A stretch of DNA of 64,000 bases from assembly GCF_009914755.1 (NCBI RefSeq), contig NC_060926.1; one strand, written 5' to 3'. The position numbers and the translations under genes were made by a program. Shown here piece by piece: positions 15,625 through 28,883 of the stretch. The stretch's first letter is position 1, and each line of letters begins with the position of its first letter. The notes beneath the pieces were generated by a model that had not been told where the DNA came from, did no database searches, and was given only the letters and a program-made list of their open reading frames with translations. Origin of the DNA: the human T2T-CHM13v2.0 reference genome, Homo sapiens.

Positions 15625-16702
15625 GTATGTATATTTTTGATGTATGTAAATTTTTTGATGTATGTAAAGACATTTAAGAAAAGTGTTAGATTTCATTTAA
15701 TGTTGAAAATAATGAATACTTTTTCATAGGCGAGGGAAGGAAGTAATGAACATATTATTAGGCTTTGAAAAAGAAATCTAAAGGGGAGACTAGTTCTTTA
15801 GTTCTTTGACATTTAGGAGATTCTGGAGCGCACTAATATGTCTGCTTATTTCCTACAGAAGAGTGGCATGATTTGTTTTTCCATTATTAAGTATATGTGT
15901 CTCATTATTTCTCAGGGTGAAATAGTTTCAGTTGAATATATAAAAGTGACAATGCAAATGTGAATAGGATAGGGGAGATTAATGAAAAGGGTATCATACA
16001 ACTCTATTAATTGGACAGTGTTCTGTTTGTCAGAGTAGGAAAAGATGGACTTGAACAAAGGTGATTAGTGTTAATAATGAGAAGAGCTGGCACAGGACAT
16101 GGTATGTATGAATTGAACAAGTAATTGCTTTTATTCGTTGGCCAAGTTTACCATCAGAAGCTCCTTTTATTCCTCCTATGAAGTAGGGTCAGAATATGCC
16201 ATATGCAAAAGAAAGACCATGTTTCAGACAGCTCACCCCCACTTTATCTGATTTCTGAACCTGGGCACACAGAACCGTTGCTGTGTGTTTGTGTGTATAT
16301 GTGGAGGGCAGGCAAATTTTATCTCTTGTGTGTGTGTGTGTGTTTTTTTTTTCCTTTCTGTTTAAAAAATTTTTGACACAATCACAAATTTATTGAAAAG
16401 TTGAGTGGACAAAGAACTTTCTATTCTTGAACGATTTGAGAGTTCAGTTGTTGACTTGATGCCTCACTACCCCCATGCATTTCAGTGTTTCCTACAAACA
16501 AGGATATTTTCTTATATAGCCAGAATGCAACTATAAAAATCATTAATATATTATTAACATTTAATTCTTATAACTCATTCATGTTTTACCAGTTGTCCCA
16601 TGATACCTTTTATAGAAAAAGGATCTGGTTCAGAATTGCATTTTGTTATCATGTCTCTAATCTCCTTCTGGGACATTTTCCCAGTCTTTCTTTGCATTTT
16701 AG

Positions 16703-17013
<311 letters not shown>

Positions 17014-17869
17014 TGACATTTTGAAGAATGCCTCTCAATTTGGGTTTGTTTCATGATTAGATTCAGATTATGTATCTTTTTCAGGAATATTATGGAAGTG
17101 ATGTAGTCTTTTCATTGCATCCTATCTGGTAGTTTGTGATTTGTGTTCTTTACTAATGATGTTCCCTTTGATCACTTGATTAGGGTGGTACCTGCTAGAC
17201 TCCTTCATCATAAAATTACCCTTTTTCTCATTTAATTAATAAAGTATTTTGTGATCCAGTTTTCAATTCATTCATTTATTTTTGTCTCTAGAGATTCATA
17301 GTTTCTATTTTATTCAATGGGTTATAAGCTATTGCTGTTACTATTTGGTGCTCAGATTATTTCAGATTTGGCCAATGAGAGCCCCTTTAAGCTTAGTTTC
17401 TGCTTGTCCCATCATTTTTTGAGAACTTCCATGTTTTCTGGCCCATCAGGATGTTTCAGACTCATAGTTTCCCCACCCATTTCTGGAATCAATCATTTCT
17501 TTATGGATCCCTGGTTACTTTTAGTGTGGAGCAGTATTTAGAAAAATCTAGGTGCTGCTTGTGCTCATTGCTATTGGGGTATCACTGCTCCCAGGACTTC
17601 ACAGTGAACAGAGGAGTATATGTACATAAGTACATATACATATTTGCATCTATATTTTTCTGTCTATAGTGAAAGCTGTGAGTTCAAACTGATATTTTTA
17701 ATTCCAGTTTAACACTGTAGGACTTATTCTAGTTTTCTTCAACAGTGGGAAACCTGGCTTCCATTATCTTTAATATATTTACTTATCTATAAATACATAT
17801 TTATGTATGACCAATCTCATATATAAATATGAGAAGCAACTCTCATCTCAGTTGCCTCTCTTTCCCCTG

Positions 17870-18340
17870 CATGGATGCCCTCTTTTCCCTGCTTTGACTC
17901 TGAGTCCTCATCCTATTCCCCCTTTTCCCACACGTGGACACCCTCCTCATCCTGCCTGGGCTCTGACCCCCACTTTGGACTGCCCTTCTGTGGAGAAGCC
18001 CTGTTCACCCTCTTCGTGCTTGAAACTCCCGCACCAGACTCTTCCTCTTTTTGGATGCCCTCCTCATTCTGCCTTGGCTCTGATGCCTCCTGCTCTTTGC
18101 ACATGTGGATAATCTCCTTACCCAGCTTGGATTTTGATTCCCTATTCCAGGCTGGCCCCCTGTATTGTTGCCCTCCTTACCTCAGTCAGGCTTTGATTCC
18201 CCATGCCAGGTCAGTCCCCATTTGGAGGCCCTCCTCACCCAGATTGGCTCTGATGCTCTACACTGGTCTGCCCTGCTGTGTGGGTCCCCTCTGACTCTGT
18301 CCACATCTGATGCCCTATGCTAGGCCACACCCCCTATGCC
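17870..18340. repeat. Degenerate C/T-rich tandem repeat, ~58-bp unit, ~8 copies
   Basis: recurring tgga(tg)ccctcctcac/tcctgcc..ggctctga units starting near 17872, 17935, 17991, 18052, 18106, 18166, 18223 and 18281. Confidence 0.7.
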
Positions 18341-19164
18341 TGAGCAACCCCCAACATCTCAACCCCTCAATTACCCCAGCAGTTGCCCTCCTCAGTCTGA
18401 GCTCTGACTTCCCTCTCAGTTTCCTAACCTTTAGATGCTTATTTTTACCCTGCTCCCTCTCTTTACCTCCCAGTGGCTTTAGGAATGGTTTAGGAAGGGA
18501 AGAACCCTTTGTTATCTTTAATTCTAATCCCTCCTGCCCTGAATTAATTTTTCTTTACCCCTCATTACCCCTCCCCCAACATTTGTGTCAGCTCTTAGCC
18601 TTCAACCTAGATTTTGTACATTTGGATTTTGATTCTGCCCTGACCAACTCACCTTGATTCTTTGCCTTGTCTAATTGTTGGTCTTTAGGCTTAAATTTTG
18701 TTTATGCAAATGGTAATGAGTCAGTCTTCAGAGAGAACATTGTCCAGCCTTCACGGAGCACCATCCCACTTCCAACCTGCTTCCCTCCTTCTTCACCCTG
18801 TCCAGGGTCAGTCCCTCAGCTGGAGCTTTAACTGAAGCTTTTCTCAATCCAGTTTTCTTTGGTATTTGAAACTTCAGGAATTATTGTTGAAATAGTAGCA
18901 TCAGTAAGACAACAGTAAGATTGAACTGGGAGAAAATTATACACAAGAAAATGATATTTAAATTAATCATGCTTGGAATCATGAGTGTAGTGAAGGACAG
19001 TTAGAATCATGTATGACATACAGAGCAGCTGAACTCTAGGAAATAGTGTATCTGTTTTTCACACAGAAATATTTTTAGGAAGATATTGAATGTTATCAAA
19101 AATTTAAATGGATTCTTAAAAGAAGAGAAATTAAGTATAGAACTTAAAGAATCAAATAATATGT

Positions 19165-19473
19165 TATTTATTTATTTATTATTTTTTTCGAGATGGAGTT
19201 TTTGCTCTTGTTGCCCAGGCTGGGGTGCAATGACACAATCTTGGCTCACTGCAACCTCCACCTCCTGGGTTCAAGCGATTCTCCTGCCTCAGTCTCCTGA
19301 GTAACTGGGACTACAGGCGTGTGCCACCACACCCAGCTAATTTTTGTATTTTTAGTAGAGATGGGGTTTCACCATGTCAGCCAGGCTGGTCTCGAAATTT
19401 TGACCTCAGGTGATCCACCCACCTCGGCCTCCCAAAGTTCTGGGATGACAGGCACGAGCCACTGTGCTGGGTC
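19165..19473 (-). mobile_element. AluSq/Sx-like
   Basis: full-length antisense Alu. Confidence 0.88.
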
Positions 19474-19962
19474 CATGTCATGTTTTTATATGGTGCTTAA
19501 AGGTTTTATTATTCCTCCTTTTTTTGTCATTGGGAAGTGGAGATGCAGAGATATTAAATGACTTGCCTATTGTTATGTAGCAAGTTATGGTACTTCTGGG
19601 TCCACAGTCCTCATTTTGGAACTCCTTGTCTGGTAATGTTTTAACTGTATTGGTTGTTGGCAGTGGAAAGAGCTTTAACGTAGGCAGATCTGAGTGTAAA
19701 TTGTGGCTCTGCCATAATTCAACTAGCTATGTGGCCTTGGACAGATTTTTTTAAGTTTAATTGTTAATATATTTTTACTTTTTTTTTTTTTTTTTTAACA
19801 CTGCTGAGCCTATTTCCTCATCTATTGAAGGTGATAATATTAACCAGTGAGGATTGACTAAGAGGCACATATTACATGTGTGATAAACATTAGTTCTTCT
19901 TCCATCCTTGTGGGTGGATGTCAGAAGTTATTATGGTAATCTAGTACAAATCAAGCAAATAA

Positions 19963-20096
19963 TTTTTTTTTTTTTTTTTTAAGACAGGGTCTCGCCATCT
20001 TGCCCAGGCTGGTCTTGAACACTTGGGCTCAGGTGATTCTCCTGCCTTGGCCTCCCAAAGTGTTGAGATTACAGGTGTGAGCCATTGTGCCTGGCC
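19963..20096 (-). mobile_element. Alu monomer (FLAM-like)
   Basis: poly-T plus left arm only. Confidence 0.8.
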
Positions 20097-20886
20097 AATA
20101 ATATGTTTTGAACTGAAGTAAGCCAGATCAAACAATCATATAGAAACAGGAGATGGAATACATTTTCCTATAAGATAGGCCATTTAAGAGTTCTTAAAAA
20201 CATGAATATCATGTAGGGCAACAATTGTGAGTTTGTAGCAGGGTGGGTTTGGCTAGAGTCCTCTGGTAAGAGGAAAGTAGAACGTGCATTCATCCAGCAA
20301 ATATTTATTGAATGTTTACTATGTTGTAAACATAGGGGATACAGTGATAAAACAGTCCCTGACTTAAGGAAGTGGAAAACAAGTATATGGTTAATTTGAT
20401 TCCTGTGCTTCTGTAAAGTTGTGACCAGGTGCTATGTGGGACCATAAAAGGGAGCACCTGATTTAGCCTGAAGAACCCAAGAAAAGCTTCTTAGTAGAAG
20501 TGTCAACTGAGCAAAGTCTTAAAGATACAGTAATCCAGTGGGAAAAGGGATATATAGCATTTGCGGCAGGAGGAATAGTGTATACAAAGGCACAGAAGCT
20601 TAGTAAGTTAGGGATACTACCTATGGTGCATGAATTTATGTGACAGAAGATGAGGCTGGAGAGGTAAGCTCTTTCTTCTTAGGAATTGGAAGGTTATCAG
20701 GAGGCTAAAACCATAGGGAGTCATTAAAAGATTGTGAGTGGAAGAAGTTCAAGGTTAAATTAATGTTTAAGTAAGACTACCTTCTGGCAGCATATAGAGG
20801 GTAATAGGAGATATGTTAGTCAAGGTTCTTTTAATGCAAGGGGAAAAAATAATTTAAAGCAGCCTGAGTTAAAGAAGCAGTAATTT

Positions 20887-21955
20887 CATGTCTAAAACAC
20901 CAAAAGCAATGGCAACAAAAGCCAAAATTGACAAATGGGATCTAATTAAACTAAAGAGCTTCTGGACAGCAAAAGAAACTATGATCAGAGTGAACAGGCA
21001 ACCTACAGAATGGGAGAAAATTTTTGCAGTCTACTCATCTGACAAAGGTTCATCCAGAATCTACAATGAACTTAAACAAACTTACAAGAAAAAAGCAAAC
21101 AACCCCATCAAAAAGTGGGCAAAGGATATGAACAGACACTTCTCAAAAGAAGACATTTATGCAGCCAAAAGACACATGAAAAAATGCTCATCATCACTGG
21201 CCATCAGAGAAATGCAAATCAAAACCACAATTAGATACCATCTCACACCAGTTAGAATGGCAGTCATTAAAAAGTCAGGAAACAACAGGTGCTGGAGAGG
21301 ATGTGGAGAAATAGGAACACTTTTACACTGTTGGTGGGACTGTAAACTAGTTCAACCATTGTGGAAGTCAGTGTGGCGATTCCTCAGGGATCTAGAACTA
21401 GAAATACCATTTGACCCAGCCATCCCATGACTGGGTATATACCCAAAGGGTTATAAATCATGCCTCTATAAAGACACATGCACACCTATGTTTACTGCAG
21501 CACTATTCACAATAGCAAAGACTTGGAACCAACCCAAATGTCCAACAATGATAGAGTGGATTAAGAAAACGTGGCAGATATACACCATGGAATATGTGTA
21601 TATTCCAGCCATAAAAAATGATGAGTTCATGTCCTTTGTAGGGACATGGATGAAGCTAGAAACCATCATTCTCAGCAAACTATTGCAAGGACAAAAAACC
21701 AAACACCGCATGTTCTCACTCATAGGTGGGAATTGAACAATGAGAACACACGGACACAGGAAGGGGAACGTCACACACCAGGGCCTGTTGTGGGGTGGAG
21801 GGAGGGGAGAGGGACAGCATTAGGAGATATACCTAATGTTAAATGAAGAGTTAATGGGTGCAGCACACCAACATGGCACATGTATACATATGTAACAAAC
21901 CTGCACATTGTGCACATGTACCCTAAAACTTAAAGTATAATAATAAAAAAAATAA
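20887..21955 (+). mobile_element. 5'-truncated L1PA (L1PA3/4-like), sense orientation
   Basis: ORF2 C-terminal peptide (ORF 20888-21430), 3'UTR and A tail; TSD aagcagtaattt at 20875-20886 and 21956-21967. Confidence 0.94.
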
Positions 21956-23189
21956 AAGCAGTAATTTATTATGAATACATAGGGATGTCTCAGGGTTAGG
22001 GCACCTGGACCTCAGGGATGGACTGGAAATCTGAATAGGAACTCCTGTCGCCTGCCTTTGCTTTGCCCTGAGTGTATGTGCCTCATTTTTTCTTCCCTTC
22101 CTGTGCTTTGCCTATGTGGTGAAATACTGCCTTTTTATAGTTGCCTAACGTTACCATTTCAGGCATACTCCCAGATTGTCTGTGAATGTCTCTGAATCCT
22201 AGTTCAAATTTTTTAAGAGAGAAAGTCATTGCTCAAGCGGGGGTAGATGTCCCCTGCCCTGCCTCCAGTCAAGTATGGCTACTATAAACTTGACTGTCAG
22301 GCCCCAATCTCTGTGTGTGGTTGAGGTGGCAGAGAGTGGGAGAGGGAGACACATTCTGAGAAGATGGGAAGGTTGTGAGCTAGGCAGACACCACAAAAGG
22401 TGTTTTATGCAGGAGAATGGTAGAAGTAGGGGTTATCACTAAAATCTAGGCACTAGGTGTTGAGGGCCTGAGCTAAGGTTAGTTAGGTGCAGTGTAGACA
22501 GAAAGAAGAAAGTGGATTTAAGAGATACTTAAAAAATAAGTAAACATAATTTGATACCTCATCAAATATAGGAGGCTTGTGAGAAGGAAGAAGTCTACAT
22601 TTCATATTTAAATTACTGGGAATCTGGAGAAGAAATATTGAGGAGGATTGAGTTTTATGGCAAAGATACTGAGTTTGGTTTGGACACGCTGTATTTGTGG
22701 TCCTATGGAATATTAAGTATTGCTGTTCAGTAGACACCTGAATGTAAGATTTGGAGTTCAGGAGTGAGATTTCCACTGAGATTTGGGACTCATCTGGGTA
22801 GAGTTAGCAGCTGAAGCTGTGAATCTGGATAAATTCACATAGAAGACTATAGAGTGAAGAATGGAATCCAAGGACTCTCAGTATATATAGGAATAGAAGA
22901 AGTGCTTATCAAGTAGCCAGTCTGTGACATTAGACAAGGAAGGAATATGGACTTTAACGTTATGGAGAATGTGAACATAGGATATGCTAAAGCCCTGAAA
23001 GATAAAATAGGGTCCATGGCTTACTAGTTAATAGCAATATGTACTGGGTACTGTGCTGTTTTACTTATTTCTCGCAGCTACTAAACTCTTTATTATTCCT
23101 ACTTTAAGGATCAGACAACTTAGGCACAGAGAGGTAACTTGCCCATAGTTTTACAGCTGGGTGGTAGAACCAGGATTCTGCACTTAGGA

Positions 23190-23480
<291 letters not shown>

Positions 23481-23483
23481 CTA

Positions 23484-23786
<303 letters not shown>

Positions 23787-23904
23787 GAGTCTGCACTTAT
23801 CCACTGTGCTTAGTGCCTCAAAGGAAATTGAGGGAGATTCTGACTTAGCTAGTTAGTGTAGAATATGTTACTAAGGCGATTATGGTAATGGAGGGCAAAC
23901 TTTT

Positions 23905-24270
23905 TAAAATTTTATTTTTAATTGTGGTAAAATACACAGAAAACATAAAATTCACTATCTTAATCATTTTTAAGTGTATAGTTCAGTAGTGTTATGTGTA
24001 TTTGTATTGTCGTGCAGCCAATCTCCATAACTTTTTTATCTCATAAAATTGAAACTATACTCATTAAATAGCTACTCCCCATTTCCTCTTCCCCCAGCTT
24101 CTGGCAACCACCATTCTACTTTGTATCTCTACGAATTTGGCTGCTCTAAGAACCTCATATAGGTGGAATCATATAGTTACTGTCTTTTTGTGACTGGCTT
24201 ATTTTACTTAGCATAATATCCCGAAGGTTTATTCATGTTACAGAACATTGTTAGACTTTCCTTTCTTTTT
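23905..24270 (-). mobile_element. L1MB-like 3' end
   Basis: ttttaattgtggtaaaatacac... text; perfect 17-bp TSD atggagggcaaactttt at 23888-23904 and 24271-24287. Confidence 0.8.
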
Positions 24271-24799
24271 ATGGAGGGCAAACTTTTATTTATTAGAACA
24301 AATTTTTATAGCCTTTACATATTGAAGAGGATATTATTATCTTACTGGTTTTGAAAAAAATAATTATTTCAGGGATGGTGACATATTTAGACTCCTTATA
24401 ACCTCTATAATGTAAATTATATACATTAGCATAATTATCTGAATGTCCGGGATAAACATTTTTAACAAGAGAATATTTAATAAGAACTTAAAAAGCATTA
24501 AAAACAAACAATACCTTTTCAGTTCTTAACTCATTTGTTTAAGAAGGACAGCTGTGGTGTATTTTTGCCCTGTAGTGATTTTGTGATCCATGGGATTCAC
24601 AGATTTAAAATACAGTTTTTGTAATATTTACAGGAATGCCTAAGGTCATTCACATATTTTTTATGAAGTTTTGTTATGGAGGCTGGTGCGTTTGGTACTG
24701 TTTGGAAGCATCTTATCTAACTGGTGAAGGAATCTAACGATGCCCTGCATTTATACCTCTGTTTAGGGATGTGGTCAGAGTCTTCTTACAGTTTTGAAT

Positions 24800-25020
24800 A
24801 TGACAGTGGAGTCCAGATTAGCTCCCCAGTTCACTACTTTTGAACTTTAGGAAGTTAGTTAAGTTTTCTAAGTTTGAATTTTGCTACTTGTAGAATGAGA
24901 ATATTAGTAGCTCCTACCCCATAGCATTCTTCTGAGGATTAAATGTGGTAATGTGAATGAAGTGCTTAGCATGGTGACTGGCACATAGGAAGTGTTCAAT
25001 GAATGTTATATGTGACTGTT
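24800..25020 (+). mobile_element. MIR
   Basis: MIR core ...tgaggattaaatg...aagtgcttagcatggtgactggcacataggaagtgttcaatgaatg. Confidence 0.65.
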
Positions 25021-25413
25021 ATTCTTATTACTGTCATGATGTTTGGTATACATGCGTTTGAAGAGTCCCAAATGGTCTACTGTAGCTGGAAATCCATTCC
25101 ATCCCTTGTTTTAATAATAATTATTTGCTTTAGCTGAATTGAATTTAGGAAATATTAATCTGTACTGGATGCTTCAGAGGATTCAAAGTTGAGTAGAATA
25201 CAATTTCTGCCTTCAAGAAACTTATACTTAAGTGTTTAAAATGGAAAAATTTTATCTATAGTGATTTTGGAATCTGCATCTTCTAAAATGTTAAGTTTTG
25301 AACTAAAAGTATAGGAATAAATCCAGGTGAGAGTATGGTTTAAACATTTTACAACCATCTTAAAATTTCTATAAAATAGTCTTTGACTTGTGCATTTTGT
25401 TTGTTTATTCCAG

Positions 25414-25479
25414 CCAGCACCTAACCAAGTCACTTTTCATCTGCCACTACATCGTTACTATGCTATGTTTTTGAGTAAG
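25414..25479 (+). CDS. UBR3: UBR3 coding exon D (66 nt, phase 0-0)
   Basis: ttattccag|CCA acceptor, AAG|gtaaga donor; PAPNQVTFHLPLHRYYAMFLSK, containing the UBR-family HLPLHR motif. Confidence 0.93.
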
Positions 25480-25568
25480 GTAAGACTGTCATTAAACAAT
25501 TCTGTTCTTTTTTTTTTAATTTTCAGAAATAAGAATTGAATTAGTAACTTTTTTATTGTAATTTTTAG

Positions 25569-25658
25569 GCTGTGAAATGTCAAGAACTAGATTTGGATTC
25601 TGTTTTACCAGATCAGGAAATGTTAATGAAACTAATGATTCACCCACTCCAAATTCAA
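25569..25658 (+). CDS. UBR3: UBR3 coding exon E (90 nt, phase 0-0)
   Basis: tttttag|GCT acceptor after an 89-nt intron, CAA|gtatgt donor; AVKCQELDLDSVLPDQEMLMKLMIHPLQIQ. Confidence 0.92.
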
Positions 25659-26238
25659 GTATGTATTCAGGCATTTAAAAAGTTTTGAAGTGGATTCCTT
25701 GTTTAAGTGATTCTTCCTTTATTTATATGCCTTTCATTGTTATTATAGCTGAGATGTTTGAAAACTTTTTTTAAAAAGTTGTTATTGTATTTTTGCTAGA
25801 TTATGTTTAGGTATTTTTCATTTTATGAGATTTACTTTTTAGTTTTACTTTTTCCAGGAATTCTTTTCATGATATTTGCTTATGGGGTGGTATTTAACAT
25901 ACTATATAGCACTGTTTTGGGAGTCAGGAGATCCAAAAGATTCTAGCCTTGGTGCTACCACTGTTTTATTTTCCGCAAGGTTTAAGGTAATTCACCTCCT
26001 TGATTCTCAGTTTCCCTATCTGTATAGTGAGAGGAGAAAGAGGAGAGAAGAATTAGCTTATATAAGCACTGTGATTTCTTTTAATACCAGCAATGTAATT
26101 TGACAGGCCAGCTTTTTATATACATTAGAGGGACTTGCACTTCAATTTGTTTTTCCTGGCAATTTTAGATTTGTTAATTATTATAATATTGAACTTGAAC
26201 TCTGGGTGTTAGGAAACATAAAATTATGACTGCTTGAA

Positions 26239-26534
26239 GCCAGGTGTGGTGGCTCACGCCTGTAATTCCAGCACTTTGGGAGGCCAAGGCGGGCAGATCA
26301 CGAGGTCAAGAAATCGAGACCATCCTGGCCAACATGGTGAAACCTTGTCTCTACTGAATATACAAAAATTAGCTGGGCATGGTGGCGTGCACCTGTAGTC
26401 CCAGCTACTCGGGAGGCTGAGGCAAGAAGAATTGCTTGAACCTGGGAGACAGAGGTTGCAGTGGGCCAAGATCGCGCCACTGCACTCCAGTCTGGCGACA
26501 GAGTGAGATTCTGTTTCAAAAAAAACAAAAAAAA
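26239..26534 (+). mobile_element. AluSc-like
   Basis: gagaccatcctggccaac; flanking repeat atgactgc. Confidence 0.88.
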
Positions 26535-27103
26535 TGATGACTGCCTAGTTTTAGTTGACACTGGACATAAATACATGAAGAATTAAATACTGATGTAGTG
26601 AGAACATTTATTCTAACCTCCAATATTTGGAAAATTAGCAGTATAGATTTAAGATTGAGTTAGGGTGAATTAAAGATGTAGAATGTATTCATTGACTTTG
26701 AACAGTTGGTTTTATTTTATGCTTATTCTAGTGTCTTTCTTTAAACATGTATATTAGGATTGTTGTTGTTGTTACTTAGGGTTTTCTTGAGGGAGAAATA
26801 GAGTGAAACATAAGCATTGATTTCTTATGAAAGATGTCAGTGAAAATCATCATAAATGTATCCAGAGGCCAACATGGAAAACCAACTCATTTGTTTAAAC
26901 TCTAAAAAAGTGGCTATGTAAAAACATAATTATTGTTAAAAAAAATGTAAAAATGTATATTTCAACTGATTATCTTTAACATTGGACAGAATATCGGGCT
27001 TATACTATGATTACATCATTAAATATTTTGAAATGGTTATTTATAATATTTTGTAAAGATTGCATTTAGATAATTTATTCTTTGTCCAATTTACTTTTAT
27101 TAG

Positions 27104-27232
27104 GCAAGTCTTGCAGAAATCCACAGCAATATGTGGGTAAGAAATGGTCTGCAAATCAAAGGACAAGCCATGACGTATGTCCAGTCTCATTTCTGTAATT
27201 CCATGATTGATCCTGACATTTACCTGTTACAG
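27104..27232 (+). CDS. UBR3: UBR3 coding exon F (129 nt, phase 0-0)
   Basis: ttttattag|GCA acceptor, CAG|gtaagc donor; ASLAEIHSNMWVRNGLQIKGQAMTYVQSHFCNSMIDPDIYLLQ, containing the UBR-family MW(V/R)RNG motif. Confidence 0.94.
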
Positions 27233-27279
27233 GTAAGCCAGCTAGATAATGCAGATATACTTTAGAAGTGTCTCATTTG

Positions 27280-28116
<837 letters not shown>

Positions 28117-28169
28117 AGAAGAAGGAAAACTGAATATTGAGAAATAAAGCATTTTGTTTTCTTTTAAAG

Positions 28170-28222
28170 GTTTGTGCTTCTAGACTTGACCCAGATTATT
28201 TTATTTCATCCGTCTTTGAAAG
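28170..28222 (+). CDS. UBR3: UBR3 coding exon G (53 nt, phase 0-2)
   Basis: cttttaaag|GTT acceptor, AAG|gtaggc donor; VCASRLDPDYFISSVFE(R). Confidence 0.9.
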
Positions 28223-28315
28223 GTAGGCATAATTTTATTAAGACAGGTATTAGGAAGTGTCCAGTTAATTTTGTTTTAATTTATAAAAATATGTTTCAAA
28301 TATTTCTTCTTGTAG

Positions 28316-28449
28316 ATTTAAGGTAGTGGATTTGTTGACAATGGCATCACAACATCAAAATACAGTACTTGATGCAGAGCATGAGAGGTCGATGTTAGAA
28401 GGCGCTCTTACATTTCTTGTGATTCTTTTGAGTCTTCGTTTACATTTAG
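28316..28449 (+). CDS. UBR3: UBR3 coding exon H (134 nt, phase 2-1)
   Basis: ttcttgtag|A acceptor after a 93-nt intron, TAG|gtaaaa donor; FKVVDLLTMASQHQNTVLDAEHERSMLEGALTFLVILLSLRLHL(G). Confidence 0.92.
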
Positions 28450-28797
28450 GTAAAACTCACTGATACTAATACTTATGCATTAACTGTTTTCCTCCCTTTC
28501 TCCCCCTCCCTGTGGTAGTAACTGGCTTAGGGAAAAAAGGAAAGGATGTAGATAAATGTAAACAATGTTTCAAACTCTTGATATGTTGTACTGTAGGTAT
28601 ACCTTTTAGAATATCCTTTGCTTAAGGGAACTGCAAACAGCAGTTAAACTGCAGTTATGTTTGGAGCATAGCTTCTTTACTCTTTAATTTGAAGCATCTT
28701 ATATTTGGTAAAACAGCTTAGTAAAAAGTGTGGTAAGTTTTTTTCTTTATAATTTATGTATACTCAGATTTGTTAATTCCGTTTTTAATAATTTTAG

Positions 28798-28883
28798 GAA
28801 TGTCTGATGATGAGATTCTCAGGGCCGAGATGGTAGCCCAGCTGTGTATGAATGACAGGACACACAGTTCATTGCTGGACCTC
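28798..28883 (+). CDS. UBR3: UBR3 coding exon I (86 nt, phase 1-0), followed by a U12-type donor
   Basis: attttag|GA acceptor; (G)[28 protein letters not shown]; followed by ATATCCTTTT, and no GT donor occurs before the in-frame TAA at 28893-28895. Confidence 0.9.

Noticed and set aside
17807-18657. Overlapping 100-139 aa Pro/Leu/Ser-rich ORFs
   Set aside because: By-product of a C/T-rich degenerate tandem repeat; not needed for the UBR3 frame, since C joins D in phase 0.
25411-25417. CAGCCAG tandem acceptor at exon D
   Set aside because: The second AG is 4 nt downstream and frameshifts; nothing in the sequence suggests use.
27134-27142. Exonic TGG|GTAAGA cryptic donor in exon F
   Set aside because: Dictated by the conserved W-V-R codons; the true donor CAG|GTAAGC is stronger.
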